A stretch of DNA of 64,000 nt from Octopus sinensis (GCF_006345805.1 NW_021832868.1:1-64000); one strand, 5' to 3'. Positions 1 to 11,425 are shown, numbered from the stretch's first letter. Numbers and translations: made by a program. Notes: a model not told the origin generated them from the letters alone.

Positions 1-298
1 TGTCAGGCGACTTGCGAAGCCCTGGCCTCCGTCTCCAACCAACACCAACTTGTGAGTAATGATAAAATGTACATATGCAACGATAGAAGTAGGGCAACTA
101 CCAGACACAGACTGTCATAATTGGGTGTTTTAAAGGCATTCCACGTAAATATTTAATGAGCAAAATAAATTCTTAGTCGTTCAACACAATCTAGTGGTGA
201 CTACAACAAAATAAGTATTATTTAGTGCCACTTTACATGAAGGTTCTAAAAATCGACAAATGATATCTGTGTTCAACTACAAATGTGATATTTTTATT

Positions 299-535
299 TC
301 AAAAACAACGTATGCGGGAGGAGATTGATGGGGAGCAGAGGGAGAGATCTGGAGATGTATTAGTGTCGTTTGCTCTCAGAGCACACCTTGTGTTTGTATG
401 AGGGTCGTTCAGTATGACTAGATCTTCCAGTTGCGACATTAGATGAAGGCCTCGCTGGTCAAGGCATTGATTAGACAGCCAGACTGGATTTTTAGCATTT
501 AGATCTCCGCAGATTATAATATTTTTGATAGACAT
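299..535 (-). mobile_element. LINE apurinic-like endonuclease (APE) fragment
   Basis: IIICGDLNAKNPVW and TSPDLSLCS match APE motifs GDxNA and SxxDL; no flanking ORF. Confidence 0.7.
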
Positions 536-619
536 GATAGCGGCGAGGGAAGGAATGTAGCCTCTAGAGCAGCTCGATGGGGGAGGGATATAAATGTTTG
601 CAATTGTGTATGGTGTATT

Positions 620-752
620 ATTATCTGAATGGCTATTACTCCCTTGATATCAAATGGAAGTCGGGTTCGATAGCTGGAACGGGGACTTCTATATTTTACA
701 AATCAACTTTGAGAGTGAAAAATTTGAAAATTGTTTCTGAAGAACTCTGTTT
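620..752 (+). mobile_element. LINE APE N-terminal fragment
   Basis: LNGYYSLDIKWKSGSIAGTGTSIFYKSTLRVKNL aligns with family B ORF2 LPGYRSVDLKWGSCSTPGTGSSIFYAEKLQVRNL. Confidence 0.6.
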
Positions 753-789
753 AAACAAAGATTAATAAAAATATATGATTTAATAAATA

Positions 790-945
790 TAAATATGACC
801 TAACAAAAAAAATATGACCTAACGGCATAAAATATGACCTATAAGACCTAAAAAAATTAATAAAACTATTAAAAAATATAATAATAGTTTATTAATTATA
901 GAAATAACATCAATATGACCAATAAAAAATAATATGACTTATATG
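790..945. repeat. Cluster of short AATATGACC/T repeats, probably subterminal repeats of a DNA transposon
   Basis: At least five ATATGAC(C/T) copies with irregular A-rich spacing. Confidence 0.55.
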
Positions 946-968
946 ACTTTTGGTTGCCCTACTGATTA

Positions 969-1816
969 CTAACTGTTAGTAATGCCAAAAGTTCTTGCCT
1001 CAGGAAACCTCGAAACACATAACGAACAAACAGAGACACCTAAGTATGACATGAACAATGATACTTGTGCAATGTCATTTATTGAAATTGAATTAGACAA
1101 TTTCACGTCAGAAACTTGTTGAACAGATACATTCGAAGACATCTTAAAAGTCCTGTCGGCTACTATTTTCGCAGATAAAGGTATATTCATTATCTTACTC
1201 ACGATTTCTGCCTTATTTGAAAAATCGTGAAAAAGTTCTTCAGAGGTTTTAATGAAACATGCCTTTATAAATTCCCCATCGGTAAATGGTTTTCCCCTTT
1301 TTGCGATCTCGTGGCTTATCAAAAAACTTGCAATATACGCAGTCCTGGCATTGTCAGACCAACATTTAAAAGCAGAATTCTCGAATTGAATATTCTTTGT
1401 AAATTCTTCTACAGCTTTCTTTCGGGAATCACCAATTGGATATTTTTTAGCGAAATTTAAGTGTTTTGTGTTAAAGTGTCTCTCTAAATTTGACTTTTTA
1501 TTTTGATTCAATGTTTCTTGGCAAATGAGACATTTCGGTAGTTGTTCTGAATTAGACGTGAATGCAAAAGTTTCAGTCCATTTTGATTGAAAATGTCGCG
1601 CATTATCGATTTTTTATTAATTTTTCTTGCTAGGCATATATCGATGTACTACAAAAAATTAATGTTAAACGTGCAAAGATTTTTTGTTATTAACAAAACA
1701 AAAAAAATAGTTAAAAATTGAAATCATTTATAAAAAAATAGTTAAAAATTGAAAGAGCCTACCGTAAGAGTTGAAGAGCCTTCAAAGGCTCGCGAGCCTG
1801 CTTTTGCCGACCCCTG
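969..1816 (-). mobile_element. hAT transposon 5' part (GTF2IRD2/SPIN-like transposase fragment)
   Basis: CLICQETLNQNKKSNLERHFNTKH zinc finger, IAKRGKPFTDGEFIKAC motif; terminal CAGGGGTCGGCAAA (revcomp at 1803-1816) and GGCTCGCGAGCC palindrome. Confidence 0.8.
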
Positions 1817-2004
1817 GCCTATACAACCCTTCTAATTTTCCATCTGGGGAGGTAATCCATAAAGCGTTGTTTGATACAGTCCGACCTCGATTTGGAACAT
1901 ACCTCGGAACTGGAACACCTCAGTTTTTGGAACACTTTGTAGGATCTCTGCCTATTATTATTATTTTAACCCAAGAATCACCAACAGTTAATTAGGGTAA
2001 TTAA

Positions 2005-3083
2005 TTAGGTGATTCCAACAACCCTCAAAATCTTTCTCAGCTTTTCCCGATGTTGGACTCTGGACCCAACGCAAGTGCGGGATGGGCGGGGAGCAGTTTT
2101 TGTGAGGAATTGAATTGGGGTGATGTGCTTCTGGTTGTTAGAGTCTTTTGGCAGGTGGTCTTGTTGGATGGCTAAGAAACCCTTTCCATCTTTCTTAATA
2201 AGTTGGTCAAGCGGAGTTGGGGTAATGTTGTTCAGTTTGGAAATTTTCGTTATGCTAGCCGCGGCTCGGCATAGTGTAGTCTCAATTTTAAGGCGGTTAG
2301 ACCATGAGAGATTAGAACCCCAAGCGGCGCAGGCATAGCCAATTGTTGGTTCGATGAATTGTTTGTAGAGAGTGCCGAGAGCCGGGAACGGTGTCTTTAG
2401 TTCACCAAAAATCGATTTGATTAGTCCAATCCTTCTCTGACTGGATCCGATGGCCTTCTTTAAATGGGAAGTAAAACACATGTGGGTGTCAAAAATGACC
2501 CCCAGAATTTTAGGGTTCTTCGTGAATGAGATCTTTTCGTTGTCCAGAAAAAGATCAATAGTAAGGCTTCCAAGTCTCTTTTCCGACGTAAATAGGGTAT
2601 TGGACGATTTGTCGGGGGAGATGTTCATCCTGTTTTGATATAGCCAAGTTCGAATTTGTAATAAGAGATCTTGTGTTCTTTTGAAAGCTTTCGAGAGGTC
2701 TTGGTTACGTGATCCAATGAGTAGGTGTCAGCGTAGGCGAGAAAGATTGAGTCTTCCATTTCAGGGTTAGGAATGTCGGATAGGTATAAATTGAATAGAG
2801 CAGGAGAGAGGGGGGAGCCTTGGGGAACTCCGTTTGGAAGTAATCTCGAGATTTAATTGATTCCATTCAGGCATACACGCCCTCTCCTTCCGCTGAGGTA
2901 ATTCGAAAGCCAGAGTTTTATGTTCGAGTCGATCGATAGGTCAAATATTTTTCGAGTCAGTATCTTTCTAGAGACCGAATCAAAGGCCTTCTGAAGATCG
3001 AGTGAGCATACAATTGATTTGAGATGAGGTCTAGTTGCAAAACCTTCCATTATAAACTGGGTTAATGTGGTAAGATGTGTCAA
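2005..3083 (-). mobile_element. 5'-truncated degenerate LINE RT fragment
   Basis: SLDLQKAFDSV, GVPQGSPLSPALFNLY, YAD and KILGVIFD motifs across broken frames. Confidence 0.85.
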
Positions 3084-3089
3084 AGATTA

Positions 3090-4282
3090 CGGCTCCAAAA
3101 TATTCCAGTTTCAGGTCCTCTTATCAAAAAAATTGGTAATTTTACTTTTTCTCACATTGTTTTAAGGTTTGAAAATTGCGGGTAAATTGAACATTACAAG
3201 CTTTAAAACATCGAATGGTTGGTTAATGAATTTTAAAAAAAGACATGAACTCAAATTCAAAATCCTTAGCGGCGAAAAAAACTCATGTAATCGTGATGGA
3301 ATTCAATCATTTTTAAAAGTTTTCCATGAAAAAATTGATCAATTTGGAAAAAATAATATCTTTAACATTGATGAAACTTGTCTTTTTATAAAAAAGACCC
3401 CAAAAAAATCATTCGTACAAAAAAATAAAAAAGCGTTAGGGTCTAAAATAAATAAGGAAAAAATTTCTTTGCTCTTTTGCTGCAGTTATTCAGGTCAAAA
3501 ATTTGATCCTTTAATAATCGGGAAATTTAAAAATCCCAGATGTTTCAGAAATTTTAACCCTGAGGATTATGGTGCTATGTACTCATCTTCCAAAAATGCC
3601 TGGATGACAAGAGATATTTTTATTCAATGGTTATTCTTAGTGAATGAACGAATTAAAATGGAAAAGAGAAAAATTTTAATAATTCTTGATAACGCTTCGT
3701 GTCATGAAAATAAATCGCTCTCAAATATCGAATTGCTGTTTTTACCCAAAAATACAACTCCGATTCTCCAACCATTGGATAATGGGATAATCAAAGCTTT
3801 TAAAGATAATTATTCGAAGGCGTTAATTGAATTTATTTGTTGTATAGATGAAGAAGATTTTTACTGCGACTTACTTAAAAAAATTAATTTACGCCAATCA
3901 TTGATAATAGTATCGAAATCGTGGCAAAGTATCCTCCGAAATAATTACAAATTGTTGGGATAATACTTTCGGCAATGAAATATTTGTTGTTTCTGATAAT
4001 CTGACGGATGATGTTATAGAACAAGTTGTAGACGAAGTGTTGGAAAATACGGAAAGCAGCGATAATGAAGAAATTTTTTACAGTGGTATGCAAAATAAAC
4101 AGACTACGGTCAAAGAAGTAGTAGCAAAAGTGAATGAATTGGAAGAATCAGTTCTAGATATAGCTCCAATTTTGTTAAATGATTTTTACTGCTTCAGACA
4201 AAATTTGTTCAGTAGTTTGAAGAAAAATTATGGTTATGGAAAAAGGATCGATGACTATTTTTCAATAAATAATAATATTTAA
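3090..4282 (+). pseudogene. Tigger/pogo transposase with a predicted 31-nt intron (3136-3166) and a frameshift near 3960
   Basis: Removing GTAATT...TTTAAG gives IKKIGLKIAGKLNITSFKTSNGWL in frame. Confidence 0.75.
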
Positions 4283-4371
4283 GACTTTTTTGCATTAATT
4301 AATTATTAAATTTATATTGATATTAATTTTTTTGACAAAACCTCAGTTTTTGGAACACTTAGTGTTCCAAC

Positions 4372-4833
4372 TTCAAATGGGAAAAGGGAAAGGACATCGC
4401 TAAGGCTGAGGGAAGTTATGCAACGGTCTGGTCAGCTTTCCATCAAGACTAACAGCCACTGAAGGAGATGGAAGCTGACCCGTACCGCGACATAATGGCT
4501 TTCCCTTCCATCTGGAGGAGGCAGGACGATGGAGAGTGGAGGACCTTAGATGTGCGTGTGAGCGACCTTGTCAATGCCTTTGTTGAAATACTCAACGATG
4601 GCAAGCAATCCATACGCCGTGGGGTCGGTGCCTTCAGGTCAGCTAAGAACCTGATGATGGCGGGTCGATATCTTGGTATGTCCAACAAGCAGAAACAGGA
4701 ACTGGCTCAAGAGCTGCTTCGACACCGTGATTCAGCGAGCATCCGAGAGCCTTTCCAAAATATTGGAGTGAATGCCCTTAAGAATTTATATGGCTATCTT
4801 GGAACTGAGAGATTCTTGACAAATGTTGAGTGA
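4372..4833 (+). other. Unidentified virus-like reading frame, possibly a negative-strand virus nucleoprotein fragment
   Basis: GC-rich frame of about 150 codons with one internal stop (4450); VWSAF...DP...SIWRRQDDGEW is reminiscent of orthomyxovirus NP (recalled similarity only). Confidence 0.3.
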
Positions 4834-4860
4834 TCCTTTTGCAAGTTGTAATTGTAATTA

Positions 4861-5025
4861 ACAGAGAAAGAAAAGGCACAATTAAGGAGAAACATAAAGA
4901 TGAAGATGCTCGCACAAGGAGATAACCAAATTATATGTGTAACGTATAAGTTATTATCGGGAGATGCTGAATCTGTGAGACAAAGAGAACTCTCTGACAC
5001 ATCGAACCATATGAAATTTTGCTGA
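4861..5025 (+). other. Endogenous viral element: rhabdovirus-like L (RdRp) motif C fragment
   Basis: RRNIKMKMLAQGDNQIICVTYKL; GDNQ at 4918-4929; compare VSV VKVLAQGDNQVICTQYK and rabies TKILAQGDNQVLCPTY. Confidence 0.85.
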
Positions 5026-5309
5026 TTACAAAAAAAGATACTACAATCATACTGAGCTTACATAGTCACTGTGTAAACATATATGAAAAATATTGCTGAT
5101 TTCGTGAAAGACTCGATTGGGGAAAATGAGTACGAACAAATAGAGAAGGTACATGGATTGAAAGAAGGAGATGAGGTAAAGCCTCGCACAATTCCTCTCG
5201 GGGAATTCTCACAACCTTAGGACGAGGACTGGGACAACCCAAACTACCAGAAAATATACATGAGCGGGGGCCAATCCTTCTTAACATGAATGTTAAGATG
5301 GAGGTTGGC

Positions 5310-5635
5310 ACCTTTGCTCGAGAACACAGACCCTTTTGCAAGTTCAATCACTTTTGCAACTGCAAGAACATTGGGCACTTGGCGTGCTACGGTGGATGTC
5401 CGTCTGCCAAAGCAGCAACAGCAGCCTCAAGGGTTGCGAAGAGCCCACAGACTAAAAGCCCAGTACGCTGGGTAAAAGCCGAACCGATAGAATCAGTCTG
5501 GACAAAAGGGTCTCCCCCAAGTCCGTCCAAAGTCGATGTCTCTATTTAGACGTTGCCGACCCCCAGCACTCTCACAAGCGCGAAGTCAACTTGGAGTGGA
5601 TATGAATATGCTGCAAGAGCTCCTTTTGCAAGTTG
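5310..5635 (+). mobile_element. Family B-like LINE ORF1 (gag) fragment
   Basis: CKNIGHLACYGGCP...RWVKAE...SVWTK and LGVDMNMLQELLLQ match B ORF1 at 53500-53978. Confidence 0.8.
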
Positions 5636-8515
5636 AATGAATGAAGAATTTTATTGTAAGAAAGAAGAGCGAGACAGAAGCTTAGTGCGGAAAATAATTT
5701 TGACGAGACGATTGCTTTGGGCATTCGAGCTCTTCCATGGTTCGTCCGCTTTGTCTGTCTATGAGCAGGGACACCTGCTATTCTCCACGATCGATGAATA
5801 GGTCAGCCACTTTAGAACGTTTCCGAAAAGTTCGGATAGAATCCTCGATGGCCTGCCGTAGCTCTGGAGACTTGCTCTCCGCCCAGCTTGGGACAGGGTC
5901 CCATGGATTTAGCATATAGGCTAGTTTTAGAGCGTATCTCCGTATTTTTTCGCATTTTCGCAGAATTTTCTAATATTGTTTCGAGTAGAACCAAGCTTCC
6001 ATACCATACAGTAGGCTGGGCAAGATTGTTGCATGGTATACAAATAGGAAGGTATTTGGATTCAAGTGCATGCTTCTTAGGAGTCGGAAAGCGGCGATGG
6101 CTTTCCCTTTTCTCCGTTTGAAATGCAAATGGTATCTCGAGTTTGCGTCGATTGTAAGCCCCAGGTAACGTATGCTCTCAGGGCGAGCGATTTCCATCAA
6201 AGAGCCGGGTTTGCGATCTTGCGACTTTCTTGGGTTGATTTTGAGATATGCAGATTTGTCCATGGCCAGCGAGAGTCGCTTACCAATGCACCAATTCTTT
6301 ATCTCCTCAATGTAGCCGGCAAGTCGTTTCTCCGAGGCATTGGTGTCCATCGAGGTGTCCAGAACGAGAACATCGTCCGCGTAGAGGAGTAGGGATGTCC
6401 TGGGATCGGAGGGTGTGGGGAAACTGCTCATTACCAAATTGAAAAAGATTGGGCTGAGACAGGACCCCTGCGGAACCCCCCTTCGGAGCGAAATATATCT
6501 TGAGAAGAAGCCCGACTCAGAGATAAAAGAGTAACGATTTGAGAGGAAGCAGCGCATCCAGAAAAAGACTTCCGCTGTTGGCTCACAGAGTTCGATCCTT
6601 TCCAGTAGGTCTCTGTGCCAGACGCTGTCAAAAGCTTTTGAGATGTCCAGACATACAAGAGATAAAGTTTCTTTAAACTCCATTGCTCTCGAGATGGTGG
6701 ACTGTACCATAATGAAACAGTCACCGCAGCTACGTCCAGAGCGAAAACCCCATTGCTGCGGGAGAAGTACTTTCTTCTCTTCGGCGTGGAAGTCGAGGCG
6801 CTTGGCCATAATTTTCTCCATCAGCATTGAGATAGTTGGGATTAGGCTTATGGGACGGTAGCTGCTAGCGAGATTCACCGGTTTCGTAGGCTTTTTGATC
6901 ATCCGGACCTCTGAGATTTTCCATTTTCCCGGCACATGGCCCCACTTGAGACTTGCCGTAAACAAATCCGCGAAGAACACATGTAGGTCTTCGGGTGCTT
7001 CCTTAAACAATCGCATCGCTATTTTGTCATGGCCCAATGCGTTGCCTTTTGACGAACGGATGGCCCAGGTCACCTCTGCAATGGTGATCGGGTGATGGTC
7101 CGACGACAGTCGGCGCGGCAGTGGCTCCGACTCCCGGTTTTGCGACGTTTCCGGATTGGCCTCCTGGATAGTGGCCAGGTGTTCTGCGAATATGTTTGGC
7201 ATCTCTTGTGGCGAGGCGGGCATACCAGACTGGTTGCACAACCTCGGGGGTGAGGATTTTCCTTCGAGGTAGCCACTTTGTGGAAACAGTCCCAGAAATT
7301 TGGGTTTCTGTAGTCCAGGTTTTGACAAACCTTCTGCCATTTCCTGGCTGCTTCCAGCTTTGTCGCGACGTGGACCTTATAACCAATTTCCGAGATTATG
7401 TTCCTAAGTCTTCCCCTGTCAGCTGGGTCCACACAGCGTTTGAGTTTATTTCTCAGCCGCTTCCTTTCGTTGAGGATGATCTTCACTTTCACGCTCGGAG
7501 TGGTCCTCCGTGCGCGGTCTGCACTTGGCAATTCTCCGTACGACGTTAGATACTGAAGCATGAATTTGCTTAACTTATCGCTTACGGAGTCGATGTCGAG
7601 GGCTGAGTTATACCCAACAGAGCGACCGTTGTCGTGCAGGAATGCACTTGTGGAGCTCCTGTAGTGTGGCCAGTTGATCTTTGAGAGATTGTAGTGAGAG
7701 AAAATGCGTTCTTGTCTAACAATGCTAGTGTGAATTTTGATCTCCATTGGTAGGTGGTCACTTCCGATATCGTCAAGCATTGTAGGCTTTTCCATAAGGT
7801 TACCGACAGAGTGAGAACAGATGCACAGGCACAGGTTGTCCCCGCCAAAGGGCGAGTGGTGGTTCGGGTCTTCGGATGTTCTGACGAAAACACCAAGCTT
7901 GTCAGTGTACTTCTTCAGTGTTCGATTATCTTGGTTGGTTAACCGACATCCAAACGCCGTGTGCTTCGAGTTTAAGTCTCCGATAAGAAAGCAATGAGCT
8001 GTGCTTGAAAAGAATTCGTCAATCAATCTGATGCAGGGGGGGAGATATTTGCAATATATTCCACCGACCTTTATCCAGAAGGAATCAGTTTTCACCTCAA
8101 GAGAGAGGAATTCACACACCGTGCTCTCGATGATGGTGAGGTTACGGACTTGGAGTTTTTCAGCGTAGAAGATGCTCGAGCCAGTCCCTGGCGTAGAGCA
8201 GCTTCCCCATTTTAGATCCACTGACCGGTAGCCCGGAAGTTCGTACGAGTGGTTTTCTTTGAGCTTAGACTCGTTGACGACAATAATGTCTGGATGGCCG
8301 CTGTTTACCATCTCAACAAAGTCCTGGTGCCGTCTCTTGACAGATCGGGCATTCACAGCGATGATTTTGACTGGGGCTATGTTGCTGGCGTGCTCCCCTC
8401 TAATAGGAGCCGTTGCAGCATCTCAGGTTCCACACCAAGTTTGGTTAGAGCTCCCACACAACGACGAAAGAATTCCATAAGGGCATCTCTGTTGTGCAGG
8501 TCCTGGTCAGAGAAA
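5636..8515 (-). mobile_element. Family B LINE, 3' part (ORF1 end, ORF2 APE-RT, 3' UTR, (TTCA)n tail)
   Basis: ORFs 7070-8356 (APE) and 5970-7340 (RT: LDISKAFDSV, GVPQGS, YADD); near-identical to 53840-56717. Confidence 0.93.
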
Positions 8516-8566
8516 CCAGGACAAAAAAGAGCCTGAATTTTGAAACAAAGTTATTAAAAAAAACAG

Positions 8567-9415
8567 ATGGCACCTAAAGTTATCAAAAAGAAACAAATTG
8601 AAACAAAGTTATTAAAGAAAAACAAACCCAAAGTTATTAAAGAGAAACAAACTGACACCGCATCCTCAGTTGGCGATGAAGTGCGATAACTCGAGCCTGT
8701 TGTTTACCCTCACGATTGACAATCCAGCACTGGGGAAAATCAAGAGGTTTAATCTCCTGTCAAAGTCCCCAAATGCGTCGAAAGCTCGGATTACTCTACA
8801 GAAGTCCGGGTCTTTCCGACTACAATTCCGGTGCGCCGAGGATGCAGCCGCATTCAAGGCGGAGTTAACTCATACTAAATTGTTTGGCGAAGGCGGCCAT
8901 AAACTTGCCTCAATACCTGAGAAAGCTTCCGTCCTGATCCTAAAGGGAATCCCCCGCTGGATCTCGACTAACGACCTTGACCTCCACCTCCGGGAAACTC
9001 TCGATTCGGACTTCAAGTTCGAGAGATACTCTCGGAATGGAACCGACATTCCAGTCGGAAAGCTTACGCTGGACTCTCGAGCTGAGGCCAACACCCTCAT
9101 CCGCTTCGGGATTACTGTGGGTTTCAGCCATATCCGATGTGAATGGCACAAGCCCCCGGCTGTCAGATGCTTCCGGTGTCACCAATTTGGGCACACGTCC
9201 CATAAGTGCACCGAAAAAGTTCGTTGCTTGCTCTGTGGAGGCGAACACCGACACAAGAACTGTCCGAACTCAGACCCCAGACCTAACGACCCTGCTGTCA
9301 AGACCTGCATAAATTGCAACAGTCCTGGACACTGGGCATGTTACGGTGGATGCCCATTCGCCAAAGCCGCGTCAGCAGCCTTACGGGCTGTGAAAAACCC
9401 GCCGGCCAGTAATCC
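8567..9415 (+). mobile_element. Family B ORF1 5' part with CCHC zinc knuckles, preceded by an H2B-like start
   Basis: CFRCHQFGHTSHKC, CLLCGGEHRHKNC, CINCNSPGHWACYGGC; 9180-9415 near-identical to 53380-53610; ATGGCACCTAAAGTT at 8567. Confidence 0.88.
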
Positions 9416-9422
9416 AAAAAGT

Positions 9423-9474
9423 CATTCCGAAATTTTGTGTGATTTGTTGAGTAATCGAAAAGTATCATTCCGAA
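9423..9474 (-). promoter_or_regulatory. Two copies of the histone-upstream motif TTCGGAATG (revcomp)
   Basis: CATTCCGAA at 9423 and 9466; the same motif occurs upstream of H4, H2A and H3 copies. Confidence 0.45.
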
Positions 9475-9879
9475 ATTTTGTTGAGTAATACAAATCCAAA
9501 AAGCAATTTTGGAAGTTGACGGGATGACCCTTTTCCCATTTGAGATCGGAAAAGTCCTCGGATGGGATGCACCTGCTGGAGACATTTTTCTGCTTCACAT
9601 CTAACCTCGTGTGCGTGAGTCCTAAAATCAGTTCGACTCCCGAGGACCATCTTGTTGTATGGACGCCAAAACGATTTTGTACCAGTCTCCTTGTTCTTTA
9701 CAATAAAAAATTCTGTTCTGTTATTTGTCATTTTATAATATTTATCTTTGCAAAATAAAGTTTGAATAGATTCAAAATATTTTTTTGAATTTTTTGCTAA
9801 GTCCAAGTATACCACCCAGGCCTGTGACATAATACTTTATAAACATAATATAACAATAATTAAATTCGTGTTCAGTTTA

Positions 9880-10922
9880 AAAAACTGAAGATCTTGCCTT
9901 GGGTTCGTTCTTGTGCAGATCTTGCTTTGCCTTGTTATCTCTCGTCGATGTCTGCTTCCGGCAATTTCGTTCGCTCTGTTCTTATCAACTCACTCGAACT
10001 TGATGAGCTTACGGAATACCCTGTTGCTGTTCTCGCCTGGAGATCGCTCGGACTTGGCCTTCCGGAGATTCCTTCAATACAGAAGAGTTGGGATGTCATC
10101 CGGTGCACACACCTGTTGGAGAGTCTTCGCACGCGAGTCGACGATTTGGAACTGGCTTCTTTGAACTGTGCCTGTCAGCCTCACTCTGGAGACTGGCTAA
10201 ACGCACTTCCGTTGGCGTCCATGGTCTGCTTATGGAAGACGAAACTATACGTATCGGAGTGTGTCTTCGACTTGGACTTGAAATCTGCCAACCTCACCGT
10301 TGTCGCTGTGGTTTTTTGATTCCTTCGAACGTTTACACGCATTGTCCTGTAGGAGGAGTGCTGGCCGATTTCCCCGCCACGTCCTCCTCAATGAAGTGGT
10401 GAAAAAGGCTTTGGATTCTGCGGGATTCCCATCGACCCTTGAACCTATTGGGCTCTGCCGCAGTGACGGAAGCGTCCTGACGGGATGACTATATTCCCCT
10501 TTAGAGGAGGAAGGTCTCTTGTTTGGGATGTAACTTGCGTCGACTCCTTTTCAGATACTGTGCTCACAGGACATCCAGTCACACCAGGCTACGCATGTGC
10601 GCTGGCAGAAGAAAGGAAGTTGACGAATTACGCTGTGCTTCCGAACGTCGTTGAGTTTGTCCCCCTAGCCTTTGAGACCTCCGGTGTGGTTGGAAAGAAG
10701 GTAGAAAATCTGTTACGGGTTGTGGGAGGAAGAATCTCACAGAATACAAATGACCGGAGGGAGACGAGCTGGCTTTCCAGCGCATCTCGGTTGCAATTCT
10801 TCGCGGGAACTGCCTCTCTATCCGCAGTGCATCGTCGTCGGACTAACCCTCAAGTTCACGACATTAATTCTCTTTTAATTAATTTGACTGTAAATACTAA
10901 AATAGTTTAGAAAAAAAAAAAA
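9880..10922 (+). mobile_element. CRE-like (REL-type) retrotransposon 3' fragment with poly(A)
   Basis: [41 protein letters not shown]; A-tail at about 10910-10922; frameshifted. Confidence 0.88.
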
Positions 10923-10924
10923 GT

Positions 10925-11425
10925 TTAAAATAATTAACAATAATGATTAAAATTTGGTAGAATTGAAATCATTAGATTTTAGGACGCTAAAATATAGGAT
11001 CGCCAAATCCAGGAACAAAATAAATAAAAGTTTGCCATAAGAATATAAATAAAAGAACTTTCTATCAAAAAATAAGATGAAATTCAATGAACAAAGATAA
11101 ATGAGAAGATTTCAAATAGCGATATAAACAGATTGAAAGAATAAACTCGCAAATATTACAAAATGATGAAATTTCAGATAATTTTTCATTAAAAGAAAAC
11201 ACGCAAAATATTCCTTCTAATCCAATTAAATAAAAAAATAAAGATTGACCAAATAATGTAACAGGACAACAAGGTATGTCAAAAGTGTGCTCACACGTGC
11301 CACAATTTATTATGTTTTCTATTAATAATTGGGTAACTAAAAATTAAGATAATTTTAATTAAAACACAATTCACCTAGTAGCTTATAAGCAGTGTAAATA
11401 CCAGAGCGGATATCTCAATGATGGT
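10925..11425. repeat. Unclassified AT-rich interspersed repeat D
   Basis: Related copies at about 43285-43611 (same strand) and 57689-58100 (inverted). Confidence 0.75.

Larger units (their letters stand above)
1877..4370 (+). mobile_element. Tigger/pogo DNA transposon, interrupted by a LINE and truncated at its right end
   Basis: TA+CAGTCCGACCTCG left end; ACCTCAGTTTTTGGAACACTT at 1917-1937 and 4340-4360; CENP-B HTH (NIPVSGPLI, SNGWLMNFKKRH) and DDE motifs FNIDET, LIILDNASCH, LQPLDNGII. Confidence 0.85.

Noticed and set aside
790-945. AATATGACC repeats as a CRISPR-like array
   Set aside because: Repeats are 8-11 nt with irregular low-complexity spacing, in a eukaryotic context with no cas genes.
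88-963. 11-bp inverted repeat AGTAGGGCAAC / GTTGCCCTACT as possible TIRs of a MITE
   Set aside because: No target-site duplication and heterogeneous interior; too short to support.
5024-5090. A7 run and TATGAAAAA, plus AACAG at 4859, as rhabdoviral gene-end/gene-start signals
   Set aside because: Incomplete matches in AT-rich DNA; the L fragment is internal to the gene, so such signals are not expected there.
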